Below, in pieces: positions 30,647 through 32,679 of a stretch of DNA of 32,679 bases. Location: positions 1 through 32,679 of the forward strand of contig JAISUA010000064.1 in NCBI GenBank assembly GCA_031272305.1, in the 5' to 3' direction. The notes under the pieces were generated by a model that worked only from the letters and a program-made list of their open reading frames with translations, was not told the origin of the DNA and did no database searches. Source of the stretch: Clostridioides sp. Lineage in GTDB: Bacteria; Bacillota; Clostridia; Peptostreptococcales; Peptostreptococcaceae. Made by a program: the position numbers and the translations under genes. Within the stretch, counting starts at the first letter, position 1. Each line of letters opens with the position of its first letter.

Positions 30647-31744
30647 CTATCTTCTAGTGATTTTCTTTCCTAATTTATTCTCAATTTCTTCTAAAGATCT
30701 CCAATTCTTATCTACGAAGAATGAGCAAGTGTAACCATCATTTCCTACTCTACCAGTTCTACCCATTCTATGGATATAGTCCTCACAACTTTCAGGGAAA
30801 TCATAGTTATAAACAGCGTCCACTCCACTAATATCCAATCCTCTTTGAGCGACGTCTGTTGCTATTAAGTATTGATATTTTAAATCTCTGAAATTTTTCA
30901 TAACTCTTTCACGCTTTGCTTGTGAAATATCGCTATGAATTTTTTCGCAATTGAATCCACGTTGTGAGAGTTCAGCCTCAAGCTTGTCGACTCTTCTTTT
31001 AGTTCTACAGAAAATAATAGATAAAAATGGATTGTCCTCATTTAGAACATCTACTAGAGCTTGAAGTTTTTTTCTGTCAGTAGTTTCTACAAGTTCGTGT
31101 TTGATATTTTCGTTAGTGATATTTTTTTGTGCGGCTACGATAATTTGAGGATCGTTCATATGTCTATACATTAGTTTTTTAACCTGAGAATCAATAGTTG
31201 CAGAGAAACAAAGCATTTGTTTTTTCTTAGGAATAGATTTTATTATTGATTCAATTTCATTTTTGAAACCAATGTACAAGAGCATATCTGCTTCATCGAG
31301 TACAAATATTTTTAAATTTGATAAATCAATACTTTTTCTATCGATATGATCTATCAATCTTCCTGGAGTTGCCACTACTAAGTGGACATTTTTCTTTAGC
31401 TTGTTTAATTGAGCAGAGATATCTTTTCCTCCATAGCAAGATAGAATATTGACATCTTTTGCCTTAGATAATTTTTCTGCTTCTTTTGTAATTTGAATAG
31501 CAAGTTCTCTTGTTGGAGTGATGATAAGAGCTTGCACATTGTTATTGTTTGTGTCTATTTTTTCGAATAGAGGAAGTAAGAAAGCAAGTGTTTTACCTGT
31601 TCCTGTCTTTGCTTGAGCTATGACATCACAACCTTCTAAAATAGGAGGAATACTCATTGATTGAATAGGCGTAGGTGTTTCGATTTTATTTTCACCTAGA
31701 ACGTCTATAAGTTTTTTATTTATGTTTAAATCTGAAAATTTCAT
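30647..31744 (-). CDS. DEAD-box ATP-dependent RNA helicase (core only, no C-terminal extension)
   Basis: Q motif PTPIQ, AKTGTGKT, PTRELA, TPGR, DEAD, SAT, QRGLD and HRMGRTGR. AAAAGGT precedes ATG 31744. Confidence 0.95.
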   Translation of the reverse strand: MKFSDLNINKKLIDVLGENKIETPTPIQSMSIPPILEGCDVIAQAKTGTGKTLAFLLPLFEKIDTNNNNVQALIITPTRELAIQITKEAEKLSKAKDVNILSCYGGKDISAQLNKLKKNVHLVVATPGRLIDHIDRKSIDLSNLKIFVLDEADMLLYIGFKNEIESIIKSIPKKKQMLCFSATIDSQVKKLMYRHMNDPQIIVAAQKNITNENIKHELVETTDRKKLQALVDVLNEDNPFLSIIFCRTKRRVDKLEAELSQRGFNCEKIHSDISQAKRERVMKNFRDLKYQYLIATDVAQRGLDISGVDAVYNYDFPESCEDYIHRMGRTGRVGNDGYTCSFFVDKNWRSLEEIENKLGKKITRR

Positions 31745-31794
31745 AATATACCTTTTCTCTTTATATAATTTTTTGTATCTTAACACTAAATCTA

Positions 31795-31823
31795 ATATTA
31801 ATTAAAAAATCACTTCTTGTCAA
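31795..31823 (-). promoter_or_regulatory. Putative sigma-A promoter of the DEAD-box helicase
   Basis: Minus strand TTGACA-N17-TAATAT. Confidence 0.65.
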
Positions 31824-31982
31824 TGCTTTTTTATATTGAAGCAGTCAATGAACTTCTCATAATAATACAAATAACAACAAAGGTATAGAGCTAAAAATAG
31901 AAAATGACCATGAATTAGTGGAATTCATAGAAACTTTAAAAAACTTTTCCTGCAACATTTTAACCCTTTTCTGCCAAAACAG

Positions 31983-32011
31983 TTGTTTTTTCTCTGCATA
32001 TACCTTATAAT
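31983..32011 (+). promoter_or_regulatory. Putative sigma-A promoter for the right-edge ORF
   Basis: TTGTTT-N17-TATAAT. Confidence 0.35.
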
Positions 32012-32270
32012 GTAATTACAATTTAATTAAGAGAGTAGCTACAAAAATAGTTAAATTGAAGAATTTACTAATAAGAGATGAAGAATATGTGTACATATTA
32101 GTAAATTAAAAATTTTGAAGTGAAGATGAAAGTATTATGAAAATTATACAAATAAAAAAATGTTTAATGCCTTTTTTCTACAAAAATAATTATTTTTATA
32201 ATTTTATTAAAAAATACATTCTAATATATTAGAAAATGAAATTGCAAAAAATAAAATTGGAGGTAGTATT

Positions 32271-32679
32271 ATAAATAAAAAATTACAAAAAATAGTTTTA
32301 AGTTGTTTATTAGCAATAGAAATATTTACACAAATAGCACCAATTTCTTATGCATTAAAAAATGAAGATTGTACTAACAATCAACAAATAGAAATTAAAT
32401 CATCTAAAAGAAATGAAGAATTAAAAGAAGTAGAAGTAATAGAATTTACATATTACACTGAAGACAATACAGAGGATTTAATACCGTTACCACTTGAACA
32501 ACAACTACCAATTCCTCAAGAATCAGACTATACTGAAAAAAATAGATCAGGTGTAAGACCAAGAAATGCAGTTACCGTTGTTTGTAAATCTGCTATTAAA
32601 TTTATAATTAAAAATAAGTCAGCATCAATGAAAGTTATTGAAAGAGTTTCAGGAAAAACAGTAGCTAATGCTTTTGGAA
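32271..32679 (+). CDS. Partial secreted protein (signal peptide, acidic spacer, cationic amphipathic C-terminal part); non-canonical or mutated start; runs off the window
   Basis: GGAGGT at 32259-64, then ATA and 136 open codons: (M)NKKLQKIVLSCLLAIEIFTQIAPISYA-LKNED...RPRNAVTVVCKSAIKFIIKNKSASMKVIERVSGKTVANAFG. Not in the ORF track. Confidence 0.65.
   Translation, partial: MNKKLQKIVLSCLLAIEIFTQIAPISYALKNEDCTNNQQIEIKSSKRNEELKEVEVIEFTYYTEDNTEDLIPLPLEQQLPIPQESDYTEKNRSGVRPRNAVTVVCKSAIKFIIKNKSASMKVIERVSGKTVANAFG

Noticed and set aside
31946-31997. CTGC direct repeats as a LytTR-type operator upstream of the right-edge gene
   Set aside because: Only 4-bp cores with uneven 21/23-bp spacing; too weak to support

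Overview
AT-rich Firmicute chromosomal window whose gene content and order point to Peptostreptococcaceae (Clostridioides-like; synteny recalled from memory, not searched). The backbone is housekeeping: DnaC/DnaI-type helicase loader and DnaD-like protein, M1 peptidase, U32/RlhA-like protein, D-2-hydroxyacid dehydrogenase, ligA, an rph-rdgB fusion, tig-clpP-clpX, two short-chain chromate transporters, lon, engB and a DEAD-box helicase. Accessory or unusual content: (i) two tandem paralogues with a Cys/Asn-rich head, mini-collagen, PT linker and YVTN-type beta-propeller, whose differences cluster in two loops per blade; (ii) a PucR-DUF917-NCS1 permease-PepD catabolic cluster lacking the usual hydantoinase; (iii) two diverged copies of a ~90-nt structured intergenic element with compensatory base changes (3522-3610 on -, 13103-13193 on +); (iv) a second multi-hairpin intergenic element whose end motif recurs at two other sites; (v) lon broken by one in-frame TAA; (vi) an unannotated secreted, possibly bacteriocin-like ORF with a non-canonical start running off the right edge; (vii) many local tandem duplications in spacers and inside proteins. 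No transposase, integrase, CRISPR array, rRNA or tRNA was seen.
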